Below are positions 8,578-15,399 of a DNA stretch of 64,000 nucleotides, piece after piece. This DNA is from Alphaproteobacteria bacterium (lineage in GTDB: Bacteria; Pseudomonadota; Alphaproteobacteria; Rs-D84): contig JAFZUT010000018.1 in assembly GCA_017618175.1 (NCBI GenBank), forward strand, positions 29,759-93,758, written 5' to 3'. How positions within the stretch are numbered: position 1 is the stretch's first letter; the number at the start of each line of letters is the position of its first letter. The notes below the pieces were generated by a model, which made no database searches, was not told the origin of the DNA, and was given only the letters and a program-made list of their open reading frames with translations. Position numbers and translations under genes: made by a program.

Positions 8578-10131
8578 CTATTGAATACGAACCACTTGGC
8601 AACTGGCACCACTGAACTTTAACAATTGGTCGCAAAGTTTTTGTGCCGTATCAATATCCGGCATAGGCCCAATGCGCAACCGATACAAACGTGCCGCCGA
8701 AGATGTCGCGCCCAATTCGCCGACACCCTGTTCATCAACCGCATAAAATACGCTGTCTTTATATTTGGTCAGCAATCCTTGACCATCATTGCCACTGAAA
8801 CGCGCCATCAAATCTGCCCAGTAATCGTCCAATGCCTTGACACTGGTGTCTGATTTTAACTCGACCGCAACACCGCCTTGGTTCGTGGTAATAAGCGGAA
8901 TATTAGATTGCGGTAAATATGCCCCCGCCGTATTGCGCACCGTTGGCAACATGGTCATGCCGTTTGATGTTCCGCCGGTCGGCGTTCCATACATATTCAT
9001 CATAATTGCCCCCGATGTTGCCGCCGGCATATTCATTTGCACGCCATTTGTGGCCGGCATAGTGTTGTTTATATATGTTGGTGTCGTTGTGTAATTACCA
9101 TAACCGTTTTGAATTGCAACCTGGTCCGCGGTGTACAGGACGTTGTTCAACGATTGTCCCGACAACATACTTTGCGCAACATTCGCCTCGGCCAAGGCCA
9201 TAACACTTGCGGTGTCGGCAATCAAGAACGGTTTAGAACGTTTTTTGATACAAACAATGCGTTGACCACTGCGCAGAACCATATCGCCAACGGCCTCGAC
9301 AATCAACAACCGTCCGTCTTCGCCATCTGTGCGGAAACCAACCGGCGATTCGCCACCTTCGACCAACAACGATACAACCGGGCGTTGGGTCATAGAAATA
9401 ACTTTGTCGCCGAAATCAATATATGTAAACACCCGGTCGCGCCACACGCGTTCCGGCGCAATCACATAATCATCCGGGTTTGGAACAAATATATCTAAAT
9501 CAAAACGAAATTCGGACGGGTCAATTTTCATTGTTTTAATCCAATCATAATCTTCGCCGTCAACACCAATGGTTCCGCTTTTTGCCGGTGTCTTTTTGAA
9601 TATGGAATTCATGGCCCCACCGGTTTGTGCACCCGCAACGGCCATAGACGCCGGCAACCGTGCGCCACCATCCAATACAACATCAACCTGGGAATATGTG
9701 ATTTCCGATGCGTTTGACGGTTCGCTGCGCAGATAGAAAGTATAAACATTCCCAGATTTCCCCGTCACAATCAGGTTTGTATCGGAACCCATATTATCGG
9801 CCGCGGGCGTAATATACATTGTGCGACCACCCTGGGTTGCGTCAATGGAAAAGAATCCGTCATTGCCGACGATGGCCTCTTCTATTTGTTCGCCAACCGG
9901 TAAATTCACCATGGTCACCATACCATTGCGCAATTTAACCGGTAACACGGTTCCCGCATCCCAAGATAATTGGGCATATCCGGGTTTAATACTGCCCGAT
10001 GCCATATTTGCATTTGGGTTGTCCCATGCACCTTGGACGCCATAGTTCACCGCACGTGCGTCAAACGCAACAAACGCGACAATCGCGCCGATTAAAGATA
10101 TCTTTCCCGCAAATGATTTTAACAGTGTCAT
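8578..10131 (-). CDS. virB9: VirB9/CagX/TrbG-like type IV secretion core protein fused to a C-terminal SPOR-like domain
   Basis: Signal peptide. VirB9 N-domain pattern (VKLRNGMVTMVNLPVGEQIEEAIVGN...TNLIVTGKSGNVYTFYLRS) and C-domain pattern (PERVWRDRVFTYIDFGD...LLIVEAVGDMVLRSGQRIVCIKK). A Met/Asn/Thr/Gly-rich linker leads to the last ~99 aa, which match the SPOR pattern (LYRLRIGPMPDIDTAQKLCDQLLKFSGASCQVVRI). Confidence 0.8.
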   Translation of the reverse strand: MTLLKSFAGKISLIGAIVAFVAFDARAVNYGVQGAWDNPNANMASGSIKPGYAQLSWDAGTVLPVKLRNGMVTMVNLPVGEQIEEAIVGNDGFFSIDATQGGRTMYITPAADNMGSDTNLIVTGKSGNVYTFYLRSEPSNASEITYSQVDVVLDGGARLPASMAVAGAQTGGAMNSIFKKTPAKSGTIGVDGEDYDWIKTMKIDPSEFRFDLDIFVPNPDDYVIAPERVWRDRVFTYIDFGDKVISMTQRPVVSLLVEGGESPVGFRTDGEDGRLLIVEAVGDMVLRSGQRIVCIKKRSKPFLIADTASVMALAEANVAQSMLSGQSLNNVLYTADQVAIQNGYGNYTTTPTYINNTMPATNGVQMNMPAATSGAIMMNMYGTPTGGTSNGMTMLPTVRNTAGAYLPQSNIPLITTNQGGVAVELKSDTSVKALDDYWADLMARFSGNDGQGLLTKYKDSVFYAVDEQGVGELGATSSAARLYRLRIGPMPDIDTAQKLCDQLLKFSGASCQVVRIQ

Positions 10132-10158
10132 ATTTCCTTTCCCTTTTGCCTTTCATAT

Positions 10159-10818
10159 TTACTGTTTATACACCGTATCCAGTGGATCTCCACCACCTTC
10201 GACCGTATACCGCGAAACTTTGACCCCCAATGGGTTGTTCAAACGTTCCGCCCATTTAATTTGTGCATCATCCGTCATAGTAATTCCAATCAGGATTGTA
10301 TAATCTTTTTTGTCGGTTTGTCCATTATTATCTGAGCAATAATATTCAAATTTTACCGTGTATTGGTTGTCGCGTAATTGCATTGGCCGACCGCGGAAAT
10401 TCACGACACAGTTAAATGCAACATCGGGATAATCACTCATAATCGCCTGGTACAGTCCCGTTTTCTGGAACGCTTTGTATACATCTGGTGTGGACCATGC
10501 GGCAACGACGCCGTTGCTGCTACCCCATTTTTGCCGCATTATCGACATATTTTGTTCAATCTCATTGCGCGCACGCACATATTCCATAACAAATGCCTGG
10601 CGATAAGCCTCAAGATTTTCGTCATTTGGTGGCAATTCAGTAATTTGAATAACCGATGCACCTTCGGGTTTTGACGTTATAAAGAACACTTCCGGCCGGT
10701 TCAGCGGAAACATTTTTTCCAATGTCATAAACATTACAAACAACACAACCACGCACCCGGCGAACACAAAAACAAGCAATCTTGATAATAAAACCGGCGG
10801 TTCTATGCGGTTTTGCAC
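10159..10818 (-). CDS. virB8: VirB8-like type IV secretion inner-membrane protein
   Basis: 219 aa, single N-terminal TM, then a VirB8-type periplasmic domain (AFVMEYVRARNEIE ... NNPLGVKVSRYTVE, compare the canonical NPLGFxVTSYR ending). Confidence 0.75.
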   Translation of the reverse strand: MQNRIEPPVLLSRLLVFVFAGCVVVLFVMFMTLEKMFPLNRPEVFFITSKPEGASVIQITELPPNDENLEAYRQAFVMEYVRARNEIEQNMSIMRQKWGSSNGVVAAWSTPDVYKAFQKTGLYQAIMSDYPDVAFNCVVNFRGRPMQLRDNQYTVKFEYYCSDNNGQTDKKDYTILIGITMTDDAQIKWAERLNNPLGVKVSRYTVEGGGDPLDTVYKQ

Positions 10819-10947
10819 GGCACAATTCTCCCTTTACTTAAAACGATTGTAGAAAAATATTTACACCCAATGCAAGTGTTTTTTTAGTGATTTGTGCGAG
10901 TATTTGTTGTCAACAAAAAACGAATGCAATTCATTACATCCATAACA

Positions 10948-10978
10948 CCGCGCCATCACAATTTTTGTGATGGCGCGG
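10948..10978 (-). terminator. Strong hairpin terminator after the 199-aa secreted-protein gene
   Basis: CCGCGCCATCACAA-TTT-TTGTGATGGCGCGG perfect inverted repeat, about 25 nt downstream of the stop at 11004. Confidence 0.65.
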
Positions 10979-11003
10979 ATGGTATGAACAGAATTGTCGG
11001 ATT

Positions 11004-11603
11004 TTACGTTAACGGCGTATAGCACTTATTATTGCCGCACGCGCCACTGCAACAAGATTCGTTTTCGCTGCAATATTCGCCATCAACTTTACAATTACTT
11101 GCCTTGCCGCTTGGACGGCTGCTGTCGAATCCATCGGGTCCATAAACGATGCGTCCATGCAAGTTCCACAATAAACAATTACCGGATTCATCCGCGTCAA
11201 AACAATTTGCATAAACGGCGGTTGTTTCCGTCATTTCCGGCAAATTGTCCACCGTACTGGATATTTCATCCATCTCGTTATATAAATCATCCATAGCCGG
11301 AACAATATCACCCGCGGTCACCAGGTCCCCTTCGTGGCCTGAGACAACACCGCCGTTTTCATCGTCATAGCCTGTTTCAAAATCAAAAATCCCACGTTCA
11401 CCGATTACACCGTTACCGGTCGTTGTATATGTGACAACGGTTTCACCGGGGGTTGATGCGTTTGTTCCCGCCGCAGGTATTTTATTTTGTTTCAATGCAT
11501 CTTGGGCATCTACATAATCTTTGGATGTAACCGTGGAACTTGTTGCAAATGCGTTTAATGCTAAAACGGATGCGATTGCACCAATGAATAATGCCTGTCT
11601 CAT
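11004..11603 (-). CDS. Secreted protein (199 aa) with DYVD...KQxKI N-terminal motif, NCLLWNL motif and knottin-pattern Cys tail
   Basis: The ORF track starts at 11768, but the ATG at 11603 has RBS AAAGGGAGG and yields a signal peptide (MRQALFIGAIASVLALNAFA). Paralogous to 25848..26360. C-terminus is CKVDGEYCSENESCCSGACGNNKC. Confidence 0.75.
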   Translation of the reverse strand: MRQALFIGAIASVLALNAFATSSTVTSKDYVDAQDALKQNKIPAAGTNASTPGETVVTYTTTGNGVIGERGIFDFETGYDDENGGVVSGHEGDLVTAGDIVPAMDDLYNEMDEISSTVDNLPEMTETTAVYANCFDADESGNCLLWNLHGRIVYGPDGFDSSRPSGKASNCKVDGEYCSENESCCSGACGNNKCYTPLT

Positions 11604-11757
11604 AATATTCCTCCCTTTTTCCTTGTCGTCATCCCGATATAAATCGGGATCCCTTCTTTTTTCCTGATTTATAGTGTAACAAAAAGGTACCTTTTTTGTG
11701 ACCAGGTACCTTATTTTGTAAGTAATTGATTTTACTGAATCGCATTTTCTAAAAAAA

Positions 11758-11791
11758 GTGATGGACAAAAACGTACGTTTTTGACCATCAC
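11758..11791 (-). terminator. 34-nt near-perfect palindrome followed by T7 on the minus strand (terminator or attenuator in the leader of the 11603 gene)
   Basis: GTGATGGACAAAAACGT/ACGTTTTTGACCATCAC with one mismatch. The T-run follows on the minus strand. Confidence 0.5.
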
Positions 11792-11825
11792 AACTAAAAA
11801 ATTATGAACTTTTTAAAAATTTTAT

Positions 11826-11930
11826 TATCGGGCGGAACGCTAACACCGGGCCATGGCACCGCAACGCGGTGACTGGCGCAGTCTCGGCATAGCAATTGTA
11901 AAATTGCGAAGACGGATAACCATTGCCAAA
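11826..11930 (-). promoter_or_regulatory. Candidate structured RNA element (three adjacent hairpins closed by an outer stem)
   Basis: GC-rich island in an AT-rich spacer. Hairpins are GCAATT-TTAC-AATTGC, GACTG-CGC-CAGTC and CACCGC-GTT-GCGGTG. Possible closing pairing GTTATC/GATAAT. No known riboswitch class recognised. Confidence 0.3.
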
Positions 11931-11937
11931 AAAACAC

Positions 11938-11966
11938 TTGCGCCATATTTACAAAATATTTATAAT
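11938..11966 (+). promoter_or_regulatory. Sigma70-like promoter for tRNA-Trp-secE-nusG
   Basis: TTGCGC, a 17-nt spacer, then TATAAT, about 100 nt upstream of tRNA-Trp. Confidence 0.5.
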
Positions 11967-12067
11967 ATTTGCGCTTGATTTTCCGATAAACTGTGCTAAT
12001 CTTTACCGGAATATTGGGTGTGCGTTCGAACCAAATGCGCGGAAATGCGCGGGTTTGTCGTGGATAC

Positions 12068-12141
12068 AGGGGCATGGTTCAATGGTAGAACATCGGTCTC
12101 CAAAACCGCAGATGAGGGTTCGATTCCTTCTGCCCCTGCCA
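12068..12141 (+). tRNA. trnW: tRNA-Trp (anticodon CCA)
   Basis: 74-nt cloverleaf folded by hand. Anticodon loop CTCCAAA, T-loop TTCGATT, encoded CCA. Sits in the canonical position upstream of secE. Confidence 0.9.
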
Positions 12142-12197
12142 TAAAAAATGGGGTGGATGCACACCGAATGTTAAAAACAAAGGAAATTGGTGCGTCA

Positions 12198-12377
12198 ATG
12201 AAAAAAATAATGGATTTTATACGTGGGGTGCGGGCCGAATGGTTCAAAATTGTTTGGCCAACCCGGGCCGAGGTTGTACGCGCAACCATCATGATTCTGG
12301 TGTTTTCCGGTCTTGCCGCACTGTTTTTCTTTGTAGTGGACAGCATTTTAAACGCACTTGTTGGGTGGATTTTCTAA
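12198..12377 (+). CDS. secE: Preprotein translocase subunit SecE
   Basis: 59 aa with a single C-terminal TM. Position between tRNA-Trp and nusG fits. The longer track ORF (12018) would overlap the tRNA. Confidence 0.85.
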   Translation: MKKIMDFIRGVRAEWFKIVWPTRAEVVRATIMILVFSGLAALFFFVVDSILNALVGWIF

Positions 12378-12402
12378 CGTAGGTTTGCCAAAGGGAATGA
12401 TA

Positions 12403-12936
12403 ATGGAAGATAAAATGCAATGGTTTGTTGTAAATGTTCATACAGGTTGTGAAGATAAAGTTGCACGTAACCTGCGTGAACAGATTGATAAACGCCGCCT
12501 GAACGCGTATTTTGGTGAAATTTTGGTGCCAACACGCGAAGTGACGGAAATCAAGGCCGGCAAACGTGTTAAAACCGAAAAGAAGTTTTTCCCGGGGTAT
12601 ATCGTTGTTCAAATGGTTATGAATAACGAAACGTTTTCGTTGGTCAAATTAATGCCCCAGGTTGTAATGTTCCTTGGGGCGCGCCAAAAACCGGTCGCGG
12701 TCAGTGAAGAAGAAGCGCGCCGTTTGTTGAAACAGGTAGAAGAGGGCAGCACCGTCCCAGATGATATGGTGTACGAAGTTGGCCAAGAAGTTCACGTTAT
12801 CGATGGACCGTTTGCAAACTTTAATGGTGTTGTGTCTGATGTTGATAATGTAAAGCAAAAAATGACCGTCACGATTTTGGTATTTGGTCGTGAAACCAGT
12901 GTTTCGCTGGATTTTGAACAGGTCGAACGAGTTTAA
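12403..12936 (+). CDS. nusG: Transcription termination/antitermination factor NusG
   Basis: NGN domain start (WFVVNVHTGCEDKV) and KOW motif (GQEVHVIDGPFANFNGVV). RBS AAGGGA. The start could instead be 12397. Confidence 0.92.
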   Translation: MEDKMQWFVVNVHTGCEDKVARNLREQIDKRRLNAYFGEILVPTREVTEIKAGKRVKTEKKFFPGYIVVQMVMNNETFSLVKLMPQVVMFLGARQKPVAVSEEEARRLLKQVEEGSTVPDDMVYEVGQEVHVIDGPFANFNGVVSDVDNVKQKMTVTILVFGRETSVSLDFEQVERV

Positions 12937-13039
12937 CCGATTTTGAAAAATCGGCGGGCGTGTGAGATGCACGCAAAAACAAACCGTGGAAGATGCGCCA
13001 CATCGCACCACGAATCCAAAAACAAAAAAAGGATGAGAA

Positions 13040-13471
13040 ATGGCAAAAAAAGAGTTGAAGGGGATTGTGAAATTGGTTGTCCCCGCAAAACAGGCAAATC
13101 CTGCGCCACCGATTGGGCCGGCGTTGGGTGCGGCGGGTGTGAATATCGCCGAATTCTGCAAACAATTTAATGATAAAACGTCTGATAAAGAACCGGGTAT
13201 GCCGATTCCGTGCATTATCACCGTCTATACGGACCGCAGTTTCGAATTTATTATGAAATTGCCACCGGTTTCTTACTATATTAAAAAGGCGTTGAAATTA
13301 AAAATTGGTTCGCATAAACCGGGTCGTGACTTTGTTGGTACAATAACCAAGGCACAAATCAAGGAAATTGCGGAAAACAAAATGCCGGACTTGAATTGCT
13401 CTACCATTGAATCTGCGATGAACATTGTTGCGGGTCAATGCCGTTCAATGGGCGTAAAGGTGGAGGAATAA
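13040..13471 (+). CDS. rplK: 50S ribosomal protein L11
   Basis: 143 aa with the conserved [16 protein letters not shown] motif. Confidence 0.97.
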   Translation: MAKKELKGIVKLVVPAKQANPAPPIGPALGAAGVNIAEFCKQFNDKTSDKEPGMPIPCIITVYTDRSFEFIMKLPPVSYYIKKALKLKIGSHKPGRDFVGTITKAQIKEIAENKMPDLNCSTIESAMNIVAGQCRSMGVKVEE

Positions 13472-13474
13472 GCC

Positions 13475-14149
13475 ATGAAAATTACGAAAAGACAAAAAAC
13501 ATGGGCGGAATTGGATACCGCAAAAACATATTCTTTTGCCGATGCAATCGAAGCGTTGCGTCCATATGCGTCCAAGAAATTTGATGAAACGTTGGAAATT
13601 GCGGTTCGGTTGAGCATTGATGTGACCAAGGCCGATCAAAATATTCGCGGAATGTTGTCTTTGCCGAATGGCACGGGCAAAAAGGTTCGCGTTGCCGTGT
13701 TTACTAATGACAAGACCGAAGAAGCCAAAAAGGCCGGTGCAGATGTTATTGGTGGCGAAGATTTAATCGAAAAAGTTGCGGCGGGTCAAATTGACTTTGA
13801 CCGTGTTATTGCGACACCGGATATGATGCCGAAAATGTCCAAGGTTGCACGTGTTCTGGGACCAAAAGGTTTGATGCCGAATCCAAAATTGGGAACGGTC
13901 ACAAACGATGTCGCGGCGGCGGTGAAAACGGCCAAGGCGGGTCAAATCGAATATCGTGCAGAAAAGAACGGTATCATTCATGCAGGCATTGGTAAAATGT
14001 CGTTTTCAACCGAAAAATTGGTCGAAAATGCAAATGCATTGGTCGAACAATTGAAAAAGGTTAAACCGGCATCGACCAAGGGTCAATATATCTTGGGTAT
14101 TGCGGTTGCAACAACCCAAGGTCCGGGTCTGCAAATCGATGCAAAATAA
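13475..14149 (+). CDS. rplA: 50S ribosomal protein L1
   Basis: 224 aa, L1 family, synteny with rplK. Confidence 0.97.
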   Translation: MKITKRQKTWAELDTAKTYSFADAIEALRPYASKKFDETLEIAVRLSIDVTKADQNIRGMLSLPNGTGKKVRVAVFTNDKTEEAKKAGADVIGGEDLIEKVAAGQIDFDRVIATPDMMPKMSKVARVLGPKGLMPNPKLGTVTNDVAAAVKTAKAGQIEYRAEKNGIIHAGIGKMSFSTEKLVENANALVEQLKKVKPASTKGQYILGIAVATTQGPGLQIDAK

Positions 14150-14355
14150 TAAATGTGGTTTATGGCGCGTGTTATAAACCACGAACAAGATTTCTGTCCG
14201 AGACTGATGGTGCAGTAAAACGCTTAATTTCCATCATAGACAAAGAAAAATTCTTTGGGACGGAAAATGGTCCCATCCCGGGCAAAACCGGATGGAAAGT
14301 TTAACAAAGGTTGGTTTATGTGTTCGCATATAAACCAAGAAGTAAGGGTAAAAAG
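14150..14355 (+). promoter_or_regulatory. rplJ leader (probable L10 autoregulatory leader region)
   Basis: 206-nt untranslated spacer with hairpins (for example GTGGTTTAT...ATAAACCAC) in the position of the L10 leader. Assignment is by position only. Confidence 0.35.
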
Positions 14356-14835
14356 ATGAAACGCGAAGAAAAGTCAAACTTGATTTCTGCGTTGCAGTCG
14401 TCTCTTCAAGATGCGAACGGCGTTTTTGTCGTTGAAAACCACGGGCTTACCGTGAAAGAAATGGAAGGTTTGCGCAATGAATTGCGTCCTTTGGTTTCGG
14501 TTTTCAAAGTTGTCAAAAATCGTTTGATGAAATTGGCGTTGCAAGACACCGATTTCGCGCCTGTGTCTGATTTGATGAAGCGCCCGACCGCGGTTGCCGT
14601 TGCAACCGATGGATTGGCGGTGACCAAGGTTTTGGTCAAATTCGCCGAAGAACATCCAAACCTTACCATCGTTGGTGGTAAAATGGAGGCGGGTGTTTTG
14701 GGTGTGGACGACATTGTGCAATTATCCAAGCTTCCGTCACTGTTGGAAATTCGTGGTCAAATCGCGCGTATCTTGGTCGAACCGGGTTCGCGCCTTGCAC
14801 GTGTTTCATCAGAGTATGGAAAAAAGAATCAATAA
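14356..14835 (+). CDS. rplJ: 50S ribosomal protein L10
   Basis: An internal ATG of track ORF 14311 gives the typical ~160-aa L10 (MKREEKSNLISALQ...). Confidence 0.93.
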   Translation: MKREEKSNLISALQSSLQDANGVFVVENHGLTVKEMEGLRNELRPLVSVFKVVKNRLMKLALQDTDFAPVSDLMKRPTAVAVATDGLAVTKVLVKFAEEHPNLTIVGGKMEAGVLGVDDIVQLSKLPSLLEIRGQIARILVEPGSRLARVSSEYGKKNQ

Positions 14836-14872
14836 ACATCGGGAATAATTTCCGATAAAAAGGAGTAAAAAC

Positions 14873-15238
14873 ATGGCAGACATTCAAAAATTAGTTGAAG
14901 AATTGTCAAAATTGACCGTCTTGGAAGCAGTCGAATTGTCCAAGGCGTTGGAAGAAACATGGGGCGTTAGCGCGGCCGCTGCGGTTGCCGTTGCTGCGGG
15001 TCCTGCGGCCGCTGCCGCCGAAGAAAAGACCGAATTTGATGTTGTGTTGACCGATATCGGCGCAAACAAATTGGCGGTTATCAAGGCAGTCAAAGATATC
15101 ACAGGTTTGGGATTGGGTGAAGCCAAAGCTTTGGTTGAATCCGCACCAAAGGCCGTGAAAGAAGCCGTTGCAAAAGATGAAGCCGAAAAAATGAAGGCCA
15201 CCATCGAAGCAGCCGGTGCAAAAGTGGAATTGAAATAA
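14873..15238 (+). CDS. rplL: 50S ribosomal protein L7/L12
   Basis: 121 aa. Ala-rich hinge and conserved C-terminal domain ([24 protein letters not shown]). Confidence 0.97.
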   Translation: MADIQKLVEELSKLTVLEAVELSKALEETWGVSAAAAVAVAAGPAAAAAEEKTEFDVVLTDIGANKLAVIKAVKDITGLGLGEAKALVESAPKAVKEAVAKDEAEKMKATIEAAGAKVELK

Positions 15239-15273
15239 TTATTCCAACCCGAACCGATATGGTTCAAAAATGT

Positions 15274-15332
15274 GTCACGGTTTTCCGTGACGCGTCCATG
15301 CCCGCCCAATGAGATAAATCATTAGGGCGGGC
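15274..15332 (+). terminator. Hairpins in the rplL-rpoB spacer (partial terminator/attenuator)
   Basis: GTCACGGTTTTCCGTGAC and GCCCGCCC...GGGCGGGC hairpins. A known attenuator lies at this position in other bacteria. Confidence 0.5.
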
Positions 15333-15399
15333 AATGGGCGTAAAAAAGTATACGCAATAGTTTCGTTTGCAAAACACATAAAAAAAAGGATTAAAACCC

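Noticed and set aside
11604-11768. Upstream extension of the 199-aa secreted-protein ORF (254 aa in the track). The same applies to 25788-25847, 35716-35829, 51325-51546, 47800-47898 and 49422-49523.
   Set aside because: Internal ATG or GTG codons with good RBSs give canonical signal peptides or family-typical N-termini. The extensions lack an RBS, or overlap a tRNA or a repeat.
11826-11930. Attempt to assign the GC-rich hairpin cluster to a known RNA (SRP/4.5S, 6S, ZTP/pfl via the plus-strand GTGACTGGCG, fluoride, TPP, cobalamin)
   Set aside because: The diagnostic conserved cores are absent, for example GGAAG for SRP, CCGCCTGGGC for ZTP and CTGAGA for TPP. It is kept only as an unclassified candidate.
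12018-12197. N-terminal extension of the secE ORF in the track (119 aa)
   Set aside because: The extension would be translated through tRNA-Trp (12068-12141). The internal ATG at 12198 gives a normal 59-aa SecE.
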